Source: an uncultured archaeon
Lineage (GTDB): Archaea; Asgardarchaeota; Thorarchaeia; Thorarchaeales; Thorarchaeaceae
DNA: 64,000 nt
NCBI GenBank assembly: GCA_964610875.1
Contig: CAZSWP010000012.1
Coordinates: forward strand, 1 to 64,000
Direction of reading: 5' to 3'
How positions within the stretch are numbered: position 1 is the stretch's first letter; each line of letters opens with the position of its first letter. A program made the position numbers and the translations under genes. Below are positions 48,443 to 57,997 of the stretch, one piece after another. Below the pieces are notes generated by a model. It had not been told where the DNA came from, did not search any database, and saw only the letters and a program-made list of their open reading frames with translations.

Positions 48443-49435
48443 ATGCCTGAACTACCTGAGATTGAAACAATTGCTCACAAACTCTCAGAATTACTCATTG
48501 GAGAGGTAATCAAGAGAGTGCGTGTTGAGAATCATCTACTCATCTGTGGTAGTACAGTGGAAGACTTTGAAAAGATGTTGCTTGGAAAGGAGTTTCAATC
48601 GTTTAGGGGCGATGGCAAGTTCTTGGTAATGAAATTAGACTCTGACATTGAGATTGTGATTAACCGTTCATTGCAAGCTGGACAGATCTGGACACCGGAG
48701 TCTTGTCCGTCCAGAAATGGTACTGGAACGTTACTCCGTGGGGTCAGCACACAGATGTCAGGTGACCTATGAATTTATTCCGTTCTGAAGTATCTAAGCT
48801 CCCACAAAAAATGTCTAGGATTGTCCAGGTTTTTGGCAGCTGTTAACAACCCCATGCTTACTGGACGCATCAAGTTGACTAGTCCTTCTAAGAAACCCGG
48901 AAAGCAGGATGTGTTCAGAATCTTGGTGAGCAATCAGACACTGTGGTATACAGATAGGAAACAGATTGGACGCGTCTATCTTGTGAGAGATTCTGATTAT
49001 TCCACTGTTGCGGAGTTTGAAGGTCGTGGCCCCTCTGCATTGAGTCCCGAACTCACACTTGCTGTATTCAAAGAGAGGATAAGACGACACAGAGGACAGG
49101 TCAAAAATGTCCTGCGCAATCAGAGATTCGTAACAGGTGTTGGCAACGCCTATGCAGATGAGATTCTACTCTATGCCGGAATCCTACCTTTTAGAAAACG
49201 CTCTACACTTACCGACGATGAAACAGAACGTTTGTATACTGCCATGAGAGCAGTCCTCTCGAAGTTCAAGGAGATACTTATGGGGCGGTCTCTGAAAGAG
49301 ATTGGTCTTGAAAAGCGTGACTTCTTAATGATTCATGGCAAGACAAATGGAGCCTGTCCATTATGTGGCAATAGAGTTTCTGAGGTCAAATCCAAGCGAT
49401 TCAAGACAAATTACTGTCAGAAATGCCAAGTATGA
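48443..49435 (+). pseudogene. mutM: Fpg/Nei DNA glycosylase interrupted by a 186-bp insertion
   Basis: MPELPE start, GKFL, IVIN|PMLTG split by the insert, H2TH GVGNAYADEIL, C-terminal CPLCG...CQKCQ. Confidence 0.9.
48661..48850. mobile_element. 186-bp non-autonomous insertion (MITE-like) with imperfect terminal inverted repeats; ends ambiguous by a few bases
   Basis: Left TTAAC-N13-CTGGACA-gat-CTGGACA versus right reverse complement TTAAC-N13-CTGGACA-atc-CTAGACA; removing 186 bp restores VINPMLTG. Confidence 0.7.
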
Positions 49436-49491
49436 TATAACTCGCAAAGCTAATCAATAGGGTGTACTTCTTTGTTTGATTGATTTGAGGT

Positions 49492-50679
49492 GTGATATTG
49501 ATGGATGACTGGGAAGAGAGCTTCTTGCGTGATATGGTGCAACTTGACACTAACAGTGACGAAAGGAAAAACTATGAAGAATGCTCCACTGTAGTCAAAA
49601 AATATTGCGAGGGAGCCGGCTTAACAGTTGAGGTTTTTGATTCGCAACATGATGGGATACCGCAACCTAACGTTGTTGCCATGCTAGATGTAGGTGCTAA
49701 AGAGACCATCCTGTTATGCACTCATTATGATGTAGTTCCTGCTGGTGATGTTGAGAAGTGGCAGTATCCTCCTTTTGATCTAACAAAGAAGGGCGGAAAG
49801 GTCTATGGACGAGGAGTCACTGACAATAAGGGTAACGTCGTAGCTGCAGTAAGTGCGGCAAAGACTCTTGCAGAGAGCGGTAAATCGAAAGCGAACCTGA
49901 AGATTCTCATCTCTCCCAATGAAGAGATTGGTGGTGTCTGGGGCATCGATTATCTCATCAATGGACCTGCCAAGATACGCGGTGATTTTGCGATTGTAGT
50001 TGACTCAAGTCCAAACTATGTGAGTGTTGGCGCTAGTGGAGTTGTTGCAGGAACAATCACGGTGCATGGTACTCAGGGACATGCGGGATACCCCTTCAAA
50101 TTCAACAATGCCATTCATCTCTCTGTTCCCCTCCTTACAGTCATGTTGGATTATGTTGATGTACGAAGGAAAGTTACTTCGAAACTCCCAGCACCGCCAG
50201 GAAGTCCCTATCAGGAACTGTGGGGTCGCTTTTCCTTTACTATCTTTGAAGCAGGTAGCAAGACAAATGTGATTCCTGGAAAGGCTGGGATATCCTTTGA
50301 CTGCAGATTGATACCAGAAGAAGACCCAGACACTGTTGAGAAAGAGCTTGAGGAGTTTCTTGCACAGGCCTGTGAAGAGACCGGTGTCGAGGCTGATGTC
50401 ACGTTCAAAGTTGGTGTGAATGGCTGGAGCTCCGACTCTGAGAACAAGTTTGTCAAAATATTCCATGATGCTGTCAAAGAGGTTGCTGGTCCGTCCATCC
50501 CTCTGTCTGCAGATTTGGGAGGGAATGATGGTCATTATTTCACAAAGGTAGGAATTCCGACAGCGTGCTATGGCACAATTGCTGATGACAGTAATTTCCA
50601 TGGGATTGATGAGTGGTTGGACTTGAATGACTATGAGCGTGTGAAAAACGCTCTAATTCTATTTGCAGAGAAGTGTTAA
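49492..50679 (+). CDS. M20 family metallopeptidase/deacylase (ArgE/DapE-like)
   Basis: HYDVVP, YGRG..DNKG, NEEIGG, FHGIDE. Confidence 0.93.
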   Translation: MILMDDWEESFLRDMVQLDTNSDERKNYEECSTVVKKYCEGAGLTVEVFDSQHDGIPQPNVVAMLDVGAKETILLCTHYDVVPAGDVEKWQYPPFDLTKKGGKVYGRGVTDNKGNVVAAVSAAKTLAESGKSKANLKILISPNEEIGGVWGIDYLINGPAKIRGDFAIVVDSSPNYVSVGASGVVAGTITVHGTQGHAGYPFKFNNAIHLSVPLLTVMLDYVDVRRKVTSKLPAPPGSPYQELWGRFSFTIFEAGSKTNVIPGKAGISFDCRLIPEEDPDTVEKELEEFLAQACEETGVEADVTFKVGVNGWSSDSENKFVKIFHDAVKEVAGPSIPLSADLGGNDGHYFTKVGIPTACYGTIADDSNFHGIDEWLDLNDYERVKNALILFAEKC

Positions 50680-51806
50680 TCATGCCTGATATTCATGATC
50701 TAGAGATAGGTGCACCTGGACCCTTTCTCCCACCCTGGGAGAATGTCAAGAAGAATGCAAGACTGATAGATACACTTGGTTATGACAGTATGGCCTTTCC
50801 TGACCATTTTGCAGGATTTGTGCCTGAAAGTATCTGGACGCCTGATATTACACCTCTTGCGATTTTTCAGGAGTCTCCACATACCTATTTCGAATTAGCA
50901 AGTGTGATGGCTGCATGTGCTGCAGTCACTGAGAATACAAAACTGATCTCCGCAGTCACGGAGCCCCTTCGAAGACATCCTATCCTCTTGGCTCAAACCT
51001 TTCTGACTATTGACCATATCAGCAACGGACGGGTAGTCATGGGTATAGGAGCTGGTGAGATTGAGAACGTTGAACCCTATGGTCTGAACTATAGAGGACA
51101 GGTGGGGAAACTACGTGAAGCCCTTGAAATAATCCGACTAGCCTTTACACGAGTTGAGCCTTTCACTTTCGATGGAAAATATTGGAGTCTCAAAGATGCA
51201 GTGATGTCCCTCCGTCCCGCTGTTCAGGATAAACCTCCCCCAATCTGGATCGCTGCACATGGAACCAAGATGCTAGAGATAACAGCAGAATATGGAGATG
51301 GCTGGATTCCGACTCTGCTTCAACCGAAAGACTATGGGGAAAAGCTGTCCGTGATACAGCAACATAGGAAAAAGAAGGGTCGAACTGGTTCTTTCAAATC
51401 AGCACTCTGGAACTGGTGCATTCTTGATGGCGATATCTCTGAATGTGAACGGATAATGAGAACACCTCTTGCAAGGGCCTTTGCATTATTATACCCTTCA
51501 TCAGAATGGAGAAAGCTGGGATTTGAGCATCCCTTTGGAAACGATTTCTACTCGCTTACCGACTATGTGCCTATGCGGTATTCAAGAGAACGAACATTGG
51601 AGGCGATAGAGCAGGTGCCCGATGCAGTGCTTCGGGAGTTCTATATGCTAGGAGATGCCGAAACCATCATTTCCAGACTTGAAGAGTATGTCCACGAAGG
51701 ATTACAACACATCATTTTGTGGAACTCTACGGGTATGTTCGACCTTGAGAAGACTAAAGACTCATACCGCATCATGAAGGAGATTCTTACTTATGTCAAA
51801 GGATGA
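50673..51806 (+). CDS. LLM-class flavin/F420-dependent oxidoreductase
   Basis: PDHF, RHP..LAQ...TIDHISNGR..MGIGAGE, PPIWIAA.G, YGDGW. Confidence 0.92.
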   Translation: MLIMPDIHDLEIGAPGPFLPPWENVKKNARLIDTLGYDSMAFPDHFAGFVPESIWTPDITPLAIFQESPHTYFELASVMAACAAVTENTKLISAVTEPLRRHPILLAQTFLTIDHISNGRVVMGIGAGEIENVEPYGLNYRGQVGKLREALEIIRLAFTRVEPFTFDGKYWSLKDAVMSLRPAVQDKPPPIWIAAHGTKMLEITAEYGDGWIPTLLQPKDYGEKLSVIQQHRKKKGRTGSFKSALWNWCILDGDISECERIMRTPLARAFALLYPSSEWRKLGFEHPFGNDFYSLTDYVPMRYSRERTLEAIEQVPDAVLREFYMLGDAETIISRLEEYVHEGLQHIILWNSTGMFDLEKTKDSYRIMKEILTYVKG

Positions 51807-52356
51807 ACTTGTCTTAGTCACACAGAATGAACACAAACTCAGAGAGCTACGACCAATATTCAGGGAGTATCATGTTCATTTCACTACATCTGGTCTCGAA
51901 AAGATGGAGATACGGTCTGATAGTATAGAGGAGATTGCAGAGGCAGCTGCAGAACATGCCTTCAATACTGTAAAGACGAGAGTGGTAGTAGACGATACTG
52001 GTCTCTACATCACCTCCCTGAAAGGATTTCCCAAATCATATCCTGCGTTCGTACTTGAAACAATTGGACGAATGGGAATACTGAAACTTCTTGAGAGTGA
52101 ATCAGATCGTTCCGCACACTTTGCCACAGCCGTTGGATACTGTGATGGAACAACTACAAGATCATTTGTTGGGGAGATGAGGGGAAGCATCTCGTATGAA
52201 GAAAAGGGAGATGAAGGATTTGGATATGACCCCATCTTTGTTCCAGAGGGATATAATCTCACATACGCCCAGTTGAGCTTTGAAGAAAAGACTAGCATAT
52301 CACATAGAACACGTGCGTTTCGTAAGTTCCTGCAATGGTATTCAACTCAATCCTGA
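51793..52356 (+). CDS. rdgB: Non-canonical purine NTP pyrophosphatase (RdgB/HAM1)
   Basis: VTQNEHK, VDDTGL, GFP, GFGYDPIF, SHR. Confidence 0.93.
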   Translation: MSKDELVLVTQNEHKLRELRPIFREYHVHFTTSGLEKMEIRSDSIEEIAEAAAEHAFNTVKTRVVVDDTGLYITSLKGFPKSYPAFVLETIGRMGILKLLESESDRSAHFATAVGYCDGTTTRSFVGEMRGSISYEEKGDEGFGYDPIFVPEGYNLTYAQLSFEEKTSISHRTRAFRKFLQWYSTQS

Positions 52357-52393
52357 GTGACAAAGCCTTAAGGATACGAATTCGAAGAATAAG

Positions 52394-52432
52394 TTGGAGA
52401 TAAGTGAAGCAAATTGGAGATAAGTGAAGCAA
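52394..52432 (+). repeat. Perfect 19-nt direct repeat spanning the TrmB start
   Basis: TTGGAGATAAGTGAAGCAA at 52394-52412 and 52414-52432. Confidence 0.9.
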
Positions 52433-53190
52433 CACTCAAGGCACTAAAGGAACTCGGTTTGACCGAGTACGAATTGCAGGCTTATGTTGCATTAGTTGAT
52501 GGTGGCCAGATGACTGCATCCGATGTTGCTTCTGAATCCAATGTGCCCTTCTCAAGGGTATATGATGTCCTTGGGCGGCTGGAAGAACGTGGGTTCATCC
52601 AGATTCAAAGAGGCAGACCCACCAACTATATTGCAAAAGCACCAACAGAGATTGTAAGACTGGTGAAGATCGCATGGGAACAGAAATTCGAGAATGCGGG
52701 TAAAGTGATTGTTGATGAGTTACAGCCTCGTTTCGAGAAAGAGACCCACGCCACATCAAGAGACGTCTGGTTACTCTTTGGAAGGGCAGCAATATTAGCC
52801 AAGGCTCTTGAGATGCTTGATAGTGCAAAGGACTCGATTATGCTCTCAATCCCTAGTCTTGACATGAGTGATGTCGACGAGGGTATTGAGATGGATGACC
52901 TGAGTGATCTCATTGAGAAGATACTCGGACTGAAGACACAGACCTATATTCTCACTGCTAATGTGCCAGATGATATCAAAGACATGATACCTGACAGAAT
53001 ACAATTACGGACACGTGACAGAGTTTTCGGAGCCGGGCTAGTGGTTGACCGTTTACATACTCTCATTATGCTGTCTGGTCAGAGTATTGAAAGTGATTTC
53101 ATGGGAATATATTCCTCACATGCTGTCTTTGCAGAGATGGCAAATTCATACTTCGACTCTCTCTGGAATGAGTCTGAACCTGTAGAATGA
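52414..53190 (+). CDS. TrmB-family transcriptional regulator
   Basis: LGLTEYE..AY.AL, VP.SRVYDVL..LEERG, GRP..Y.A; PLD-like C-terminal domain. Confidence 0.93.
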   Translation: MEISEATLKALKELGLTEYELQAYVALVDGGQMTASDVASESNVPFSRVYDVLGRLEERGFIQIQRGRPTNYIAKAPTEIVRLVKIAWEQKFENAGKVIVDELQPRFEKETHATSRDVWLLFGRAAILAKALEMLDSAKDSIMLSIPSLDMSDVDEGIEMDDLSDLIEKILGLKTQTYILTANVPDDIKDMIPDRIQLRTRDRVFGAGLVVDRLHTLIMLSGQSIESDFMGIYSSHAVFAEMANSYFDSLWNESEPVE

Positions 53191-53267
53191 GCCCGATGTG
53201 GTTTTCTGGGCAGCTTTTATTCAATTATTAAGACAAATCTATGTATTACTAGCACCTTTGTAATCTA

Positions 53268-54689
53268 TTGTGGGGTGTATCATTGACAGAGCTTGAACAA
53301 AAAAAGGATGCCAGAGATATGTCATATGACCCTGGAGAGGAGTTCCTCTCTGCACTAAGCCCATCTGCTAGAGCTGTTCTACGCGCATTACAGAAATTGG
53401 AGAACGGAGAGGAAGTATCTAGATTTCAACAGGGCCGAGACACCGACATGGAACGTCTCATATCCATTGTTTCTAATTACAGGGGTAGTATTTGTCGTCT
53501 TGTGAGAAATAGATTGAAACAGGTGATTGAGCAGGGGGGCATCTCGATCATCACACAACCAGATTTGATGGGCTTAATTGAGGAAGTCTATGCTGGTAAT
53601 ATTTCCAGAATCACATCGAACGAACTCAAGGTTCTGGAAGGTTCTTTGAAACACTCTGACCACTCAATTGCTGATCTTGCCAAGAAGATAGGTCTCTCAT
53701 ACAGCAAGATACGTCGTGCTCGTGACCACCTCTTATCAACCGGCACCCTGCGTGTGGAGGGGCGACTCAATGTTGCAGAGCTTGGGCTTGACCGCATATT
53801 GATCATACTACAGGACCCTGATTTTATTCCGATATGTCCCTATTTTGAGAAGACCTTGTTCATTGATGGTGCACCAAGATTTGTCTTCCTAACGGGCTTG
53901 ACTCCCAGCTATCGAAGGGAACTCATTCATGACACAATCAGGTCTCTCAGAAACGTTACAGGTTCAGTCTCCATCTGGCATCTCTCTACAGGTAGGCCCT
54001 TGGTGGGCACCGCTTACCATTCTAAGAAATCAAAACGCTTCTCATTTGACAAGTTTCATTATCGACTCTCTCTGGCTGACACCACTGAGATCACAATTGG
54101 CGAGTTCGCCGCAGGGTTGCCTAATCCCCCTGCTCAACTGACTAAGGCTGAAGTAAAAATCCTTGACCACCTCACAAAGAATTATGATGATACAGCACAA
54201 GAGATTGCAAAGGCTACAAAATTATCCGAGTCAACAGTATTCAGAAGAAAGGCTCATCTCATCAATAAGGGCTATGTATTGCCACGTCCTATCGTTTCCA
54301 TTCCAGACCTGAGTGACAGAGTGATAGCAATCCTTGACCCTGATTGTGCAGGTAGGGTGATGAACAGCTGGAGAATGCTTCCAGTCACTTACATGTCCAA
54401 AATAGAAAACCTGGAGAATATGAGAGAGAAAAAGATACTACTAGCTACCGCGTTACCGAGGGCATCTGCCTCGGAACTCGTTGATGTTCTTGAATCTGAG
54501 AAATCAAAAGCAGATGACTATAGTCTCTATACTGTGGCAAGTGCATCAGAAAACAGGTTGAGTGTCAGGTCGTTATATGATTCGAAACAAAACCTGTGGA
54601 AGTTTGAGAGTTCTTTCATTGATCTGATTCACTATGGCGTTTCTAGGAACGACTCGAGTGCCACCGATATGCCGCTTGATTTGGCTTAG
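53268..54689 (+). CDS. Multi-HTH Lrp/AsnC-like transcriptional regulator
   Basis: Two wHTH units (SIADLAKKIGLS; TAQEIAKATKLSESTVFRR), each followed by a ferredoxin-like region. Confidence 0.75.
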   Translation: MWGVSLTELEQKKDARDMSYDPGEEFLSALSPSARAVLRALQKLENGEEVSRFQQGRDTDMERLISIVSNYRGSICRLVRNRLKQVIEQGGISIITQPDLMGLIEEVYAGNISRITSNELKVLEGSLKHSDHSIADLAKKIGLSYSKIRRARDHLLSTGTLRVEGRLNVAELGLDRILIILQDPDFIPICPYFEKTLFIDGAPRFVFLTGLTPSYRRELIHDTIRSLRNVTGSVSIWHLSTGRPLVGTAYHSKKSKRFSFDKFHYRLSLADTTEITIGEFAAGLPNPPAQLTKAEVKILDHLTKNYDDTAQEIAKATKLSESTVFRRKAHLINKGYVLPRPIVSIPDLSDRVIAILDPDCAGRVMNSWRMLPVTYMSKIENLENMREKKILLATALPRASASELVDVLESEKSKADDYSLYTVASASENRLSVRSLYDSKQNLWKFESSFIDLIHYGVSRNDSSATDMPLDLA

Positions 54690-54742
54690 CTGAACATCCA
54701 GTCCATAAGCCATATCAGAACAATCTACATTGATAGACTACC

Positions 54743-55678
54743 ATGATAGAAGTGATAGTGCTAGGATCTGGTGGAAGTATTCCCACAGCAAAAAGAAATC
54801 ACCCTGCCATTCTACTTCGTCATGAATCGTGGAATTTCTTGTTCGATGCAGGTGAGGATGTTCAACGATCTTTTGAGAAGGTTAAGGCTGGACTCAATCG
54901 AAAGCTCGCTGTATTCATTAGCCATACTCATCTTGACCACTTGTTGGGTCTCCCTGGTCTTATGTTGAGGATGTCACTTCTTGGACGGACCGAACCTTTG
55001 AATGTCTATGGACCCCAAGCCCTCCTTGAGTATATCAAGGTCAATCAAGCTTCAATCAATCTGGGGACTACCTTTCAGACTGTGGTCTTTGCCACTGCCG
55101 GTGGTGTGTTGTTTCAAGAGAATGGTGCACGGGTAAGATCTTTTCCAGTAGACCACCGTGGTTTGGCGCTTGGTTATGAGTTCACATATTCTCGAGCTAC
55201 AGGCACTTTTCTTCCTGAGAAAGCTTCTGCGTTAGGTGTTCCAAAAGGACCACTCTGGGGAAAGTTGGCCTCAGGAGAATCAGTAGAAACTCCGCACGGA
55301 AAGGTTGTGAGACCTGAAGATGTCACTGATACACCAATGACTCCACTCAAGATAGTCTATAGTGGTGACACACGTCCATGTGAGAATGTTCGGCATGCAG
55401 CCAAGAATGCAAATCTCTTGATTCACGAAGCAATGTACACACGTGATCATGAGGACCTTGCTCAGGAACGAGGACATTCCACAGCAGCCCAAGCTGCACA
55501 GCTTGCCAAGGAGGCAGAGGTTGGCACACTGCTTCTGACACATTACAGTCCAAGATATGAGGGTCCTGAGATAATAGAAGAAGCACGTAGTATCTTCCCA
55601 AATTCCATTCTTGCAAAAGACTTCCTCCGTCTAGTAATTACCCTTGACGGAAACATCACAGTCGACGAAATTGATTGA
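54743..55678 (+). CDS. rnz: Ribonuclease Z
   Basis: LGSGG..PT..R, FDAGE, SHTHLDH, GP exosite arm, YSGDT, HEA, HST, THYS.RY. Confidence 0.96.
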   Translation: MIEVIVLGSGGSIPTAKRNHPAILLRHESWNFLFDAGEDVQRSFEKVKAGLNRKLAVFISHTHLDHLLGLPGLMLRMSLLGRTEPLNVYGPQALLEYIKVNQASINLGTTFQTVVFATAGGVLFQENGARVRSFPVDHRGLALGYEFTYSRATGTFLPEKASALGVPKGPLWGKLASGESVETPHGKVVRPEDVTDTPMTPLKIVYSGDTRPCENVRHAAKNANLLIHEAMYTRDHEDLAQERGHSTAAQAAQLAKEAEVGTLLLTHYSPRYEGPEIIEEARSIFPNSILAKDFLRLVITLDGNITVDEID

Positions 55679-56884
55679 TCAGAAAAGCAGTCTTAGTGCT
55701 TTGACAGGATGATGCCGAAGCAGTCTTTTTGTGATATCCTTCCTAACATTGGAAACCGGTCGTATACCTAGACCGAAATCGATGATGTACTCCTTCATCA
55801 CAGGATCATTCTCTACAATCTCTATCAGGAGTTCAATATTACTCAATGATTTGTAGATCACTCCTGCCACAAAGTTTGCTGCACTGAGGTCTGTTCCAAA
55901 TTCTGCCTTTATCCTCTTATCATACTCCACGACATGCAATGGGGAGCGTATTTCTATGGTTTCAGCAGCAACTGTACCAGCTATTATGCCAGAACGTAGC
56001 GCGTAGTATATTCCTTCACCTGTTAACGGGGAAACAAGGCCCGCAGCATCTCCCACAAGCATTGTCCTTCGACTGGTCAAGCGTTCATCGATCTTTCCTA
56101 AGGGTATGCGAGCTGCGCTTCTTCGAGATAGGTCAAGTTTGACATCCTTTTCATCCTCAAAAAATGACACAAATCCCTTCCATGCTCCCCTAAGATCAAT
56201 AATCTTGTTCATTGGAGCGCCTATCCCGATGCTAATCTCATCCTTTCTTGGGAAACACCAACCATAGCCACCATCTATTGCCCATGGATAAAACTCCAGA
56301 GGAAGAGTTGCATTATCTCCTGGAATCGAGAGGATTCTTTCTATCTCTGATGACTCCATGGGAATGTCCGCAGCTATACAGAGTGCAACCTTATCATCTT
56401 TCCATTTAGAATGCATATGCAATGAACGGGCTACTGTACTGTTCACACCATCTGCACCAATGAGGAGTCTTGCTCTGAAGGAATCTCCTTTAGCTAGGAC
56501 TCGAACAGCTTTTTTCACCTGCTCTACAGCTAGTACGGGTATGTTTTGAATAATCTCCACACCTGCTCTCTCGGCTTTTTTCAATAGATGAAAATCCAAT
56601 GTCGAGCGTTTCACTGTACCAGCTGATAGTTCTGGCTTCACACAAGAGATACTCCTATTTTTTGGTAGACGAAAAACTCCTGCGTTAATTCTCCTATCTA
56701 ATAATTGGTCAGCATCAGAACCAAGTAGACTATAGGTGCGAGGACTAATAGCACCGCCACATAGTTTCTGTCGGGGATGTTCTTCCTTCTCAAGTAACAG
56801 GACCTCTAATCCGTGTGATGCCGCTGTGATTGCACTCATACAACCAGAGGGTCCTGCTCCTACAACCACTAGGTCATACAACAC
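55679..56884 (-). CDS. Geranylgeranyl reductase family FAD oxidoreductase
   Basis: YDLVVVGAGPSG, KLCGG, GADG..S, GYGWCFP, VGDAAG...P.TGEGI; start placed at GTG 56884. Confidence 0.92.
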   Translation of the reverse strand: MLYDLVVVGAGPSGCMSAITAASHGLEVLLLEKEEHPRQKLCGGAISPRTYSLLGSDADQLLDRRINAGVFRLPKNRSISCVKPELSAGTVKRSTLDFHLLKKAERAGVEIIQNIPVLAVEQVKKAVRVLAKGDSFRARLLIGADGVNSTVARSLHMHSKWKDDKVALCIAADIPMESSEIERILSIPGDNATLPLEFYPWAIDGGYGWCFPRKDEISIGIGAPMNKIIDLRGAWKGFVSFFEDEKDVKLDLSRRSAARIPLGKIDERLTSRRTMLVGDAAGLVSPLTGEGIYYALRSGIIAGTVAAETIEIRSPLHVVEYDKRIKAEFGTDLSAANFVAGVIYKSLSNIELLIEIVENDPVMKEYIIDFGLGIRPVSNVRKDITKRLLRHHPVKALRLLF

Positions 56885-56955
56885 TTCAACACCCAACCAT
56901 CTTACTCTACTATGCATCAATACATTGATTTCATCTTTTCGTATTCTTAGCATAG

Positions 56956-57996
56956 GTGTCTTACGTGAGTGAACCATTGAGAGTATGCGTCCTTGCCACA
57001 GGTGGTACAATTGCGAGTGTTCAGGACTCCTCTAGTGGAGGATTGCGTCCTAGTCTTTCTATCGAGGATCTTGTTTCTACCCTGCCAAAAGGTATGAGTA
57101 ACATATCTGTGGAACAGAGAGAGTGTTTTCAAATTGATTCCTCGAACATGCAACCCTATCATTGGCAAAAGATGGCTAGCGAGATTCAGGAAATTGACAA
57201 GGAGATGCCTGACTTGCAAGGAATCGTTGTGACACATGGTACTGACACTATGGTATATTCTGCTTCAGCTATCAGCTTAATGGTTCAAGACTTTGGCAAA
57301 CCAATCGTGTTCACTGGTTCTCAGATTCCTGTGAGTATTCCTTGGAGTGATGGCCCGAGAAATCTACTGGATGCAATTCGCGTAGCAGCGTTCTCCAATC
57401 TCGGTGAGGTCTGCATGGTGTTCAATGGAGAGATTCACAGACCAACGCGAACGAAGAAGGTCCGCGTCAACACCTATGATGCTTTTGATTCAATGGACCC
57501 TCGTCCTCTTGGTTTTCTTGCGCGGGAGATTGTCCTCTTTGATGGCATTCGCAAAAGACATAACCTTGTTCCAAAGTTCGACACTAAAATAGATGACCGT
57601 GTATTCCTCTTGAAGATATTTCCTGGCATGCCCCCAAGAATCATATCTAGCATCATTGAAATGGGCATTCGTGGAATTGTCATTGAAGGCTATGGGTCTG
57701 GGAACATTCCCACTCAGGAAAACAGTCTGACTGGTACGATAAAACAAGCGATACAGCAGGACTGCACAGTCGTGATCAGCTCACAATGCACCTTTGGACA
57801 GACGGACCTCTCCCTCTATGAAGTGGGAAGAGCTGCTCTCAAAGCAGGAGCGATAAGTGCGCATGATATGACCTCTGAGGCTGCCATGGTCAAGCTTGCT
57901 TGGGTGCTCGGTCATACGACTGACAAGACGAAAATTGAGGAAATGATGCTCAACGACTACGTGGGAGAGATCTCATACCATATAGGAAGTGGATGA
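56956..57996 (+). CDS. ansA: L-asparaginase type I
   Basis: ATGGTIAS, DSSNM, HGTDTM, TGSQ.P, YGSGN, SQC, DMT.EAA.VKL.W. Confidence 0.92.
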   Translation: MSYVSEPLRVCVLATGGTIASVQDSSSGGLRPSLSIEDLVSTLPKGMSNISVEQRECFQIDSSNMQPYHWQKMASEIQEIDKEMPDLQGIVVTHGTDTMVYSASAISLMVQDFGKPIVFTGSQIPVSIPWSDGPRNLLDAIRVAAFSNLGEVCMVFNGEIHRPTRTKKVRVNTYDAFDSMDPRPLGFLAREIVLFDGIRKRHNLVPKFDTKIDDRVFLLKIFPGMPPRIISSIIEMGIRGIVIEGYGSGNIPTQENSLTGTIKQAIQQDCTVVISSQCTFGQTDLSLYEVGRAALKAGAISAHDMTSEAAMVKLAWVLGHTTDKTKIEEMMLNDYVGEISYHIGSG

Positions 57997-57997
57997 T

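Noticed and set aside
56885-57010. N-terminal extension of the geranylgeranyl reductase ORF
   Set aside because: Overlaps divergent ansA; the FAD-binding motif begins right after GTG 56884.
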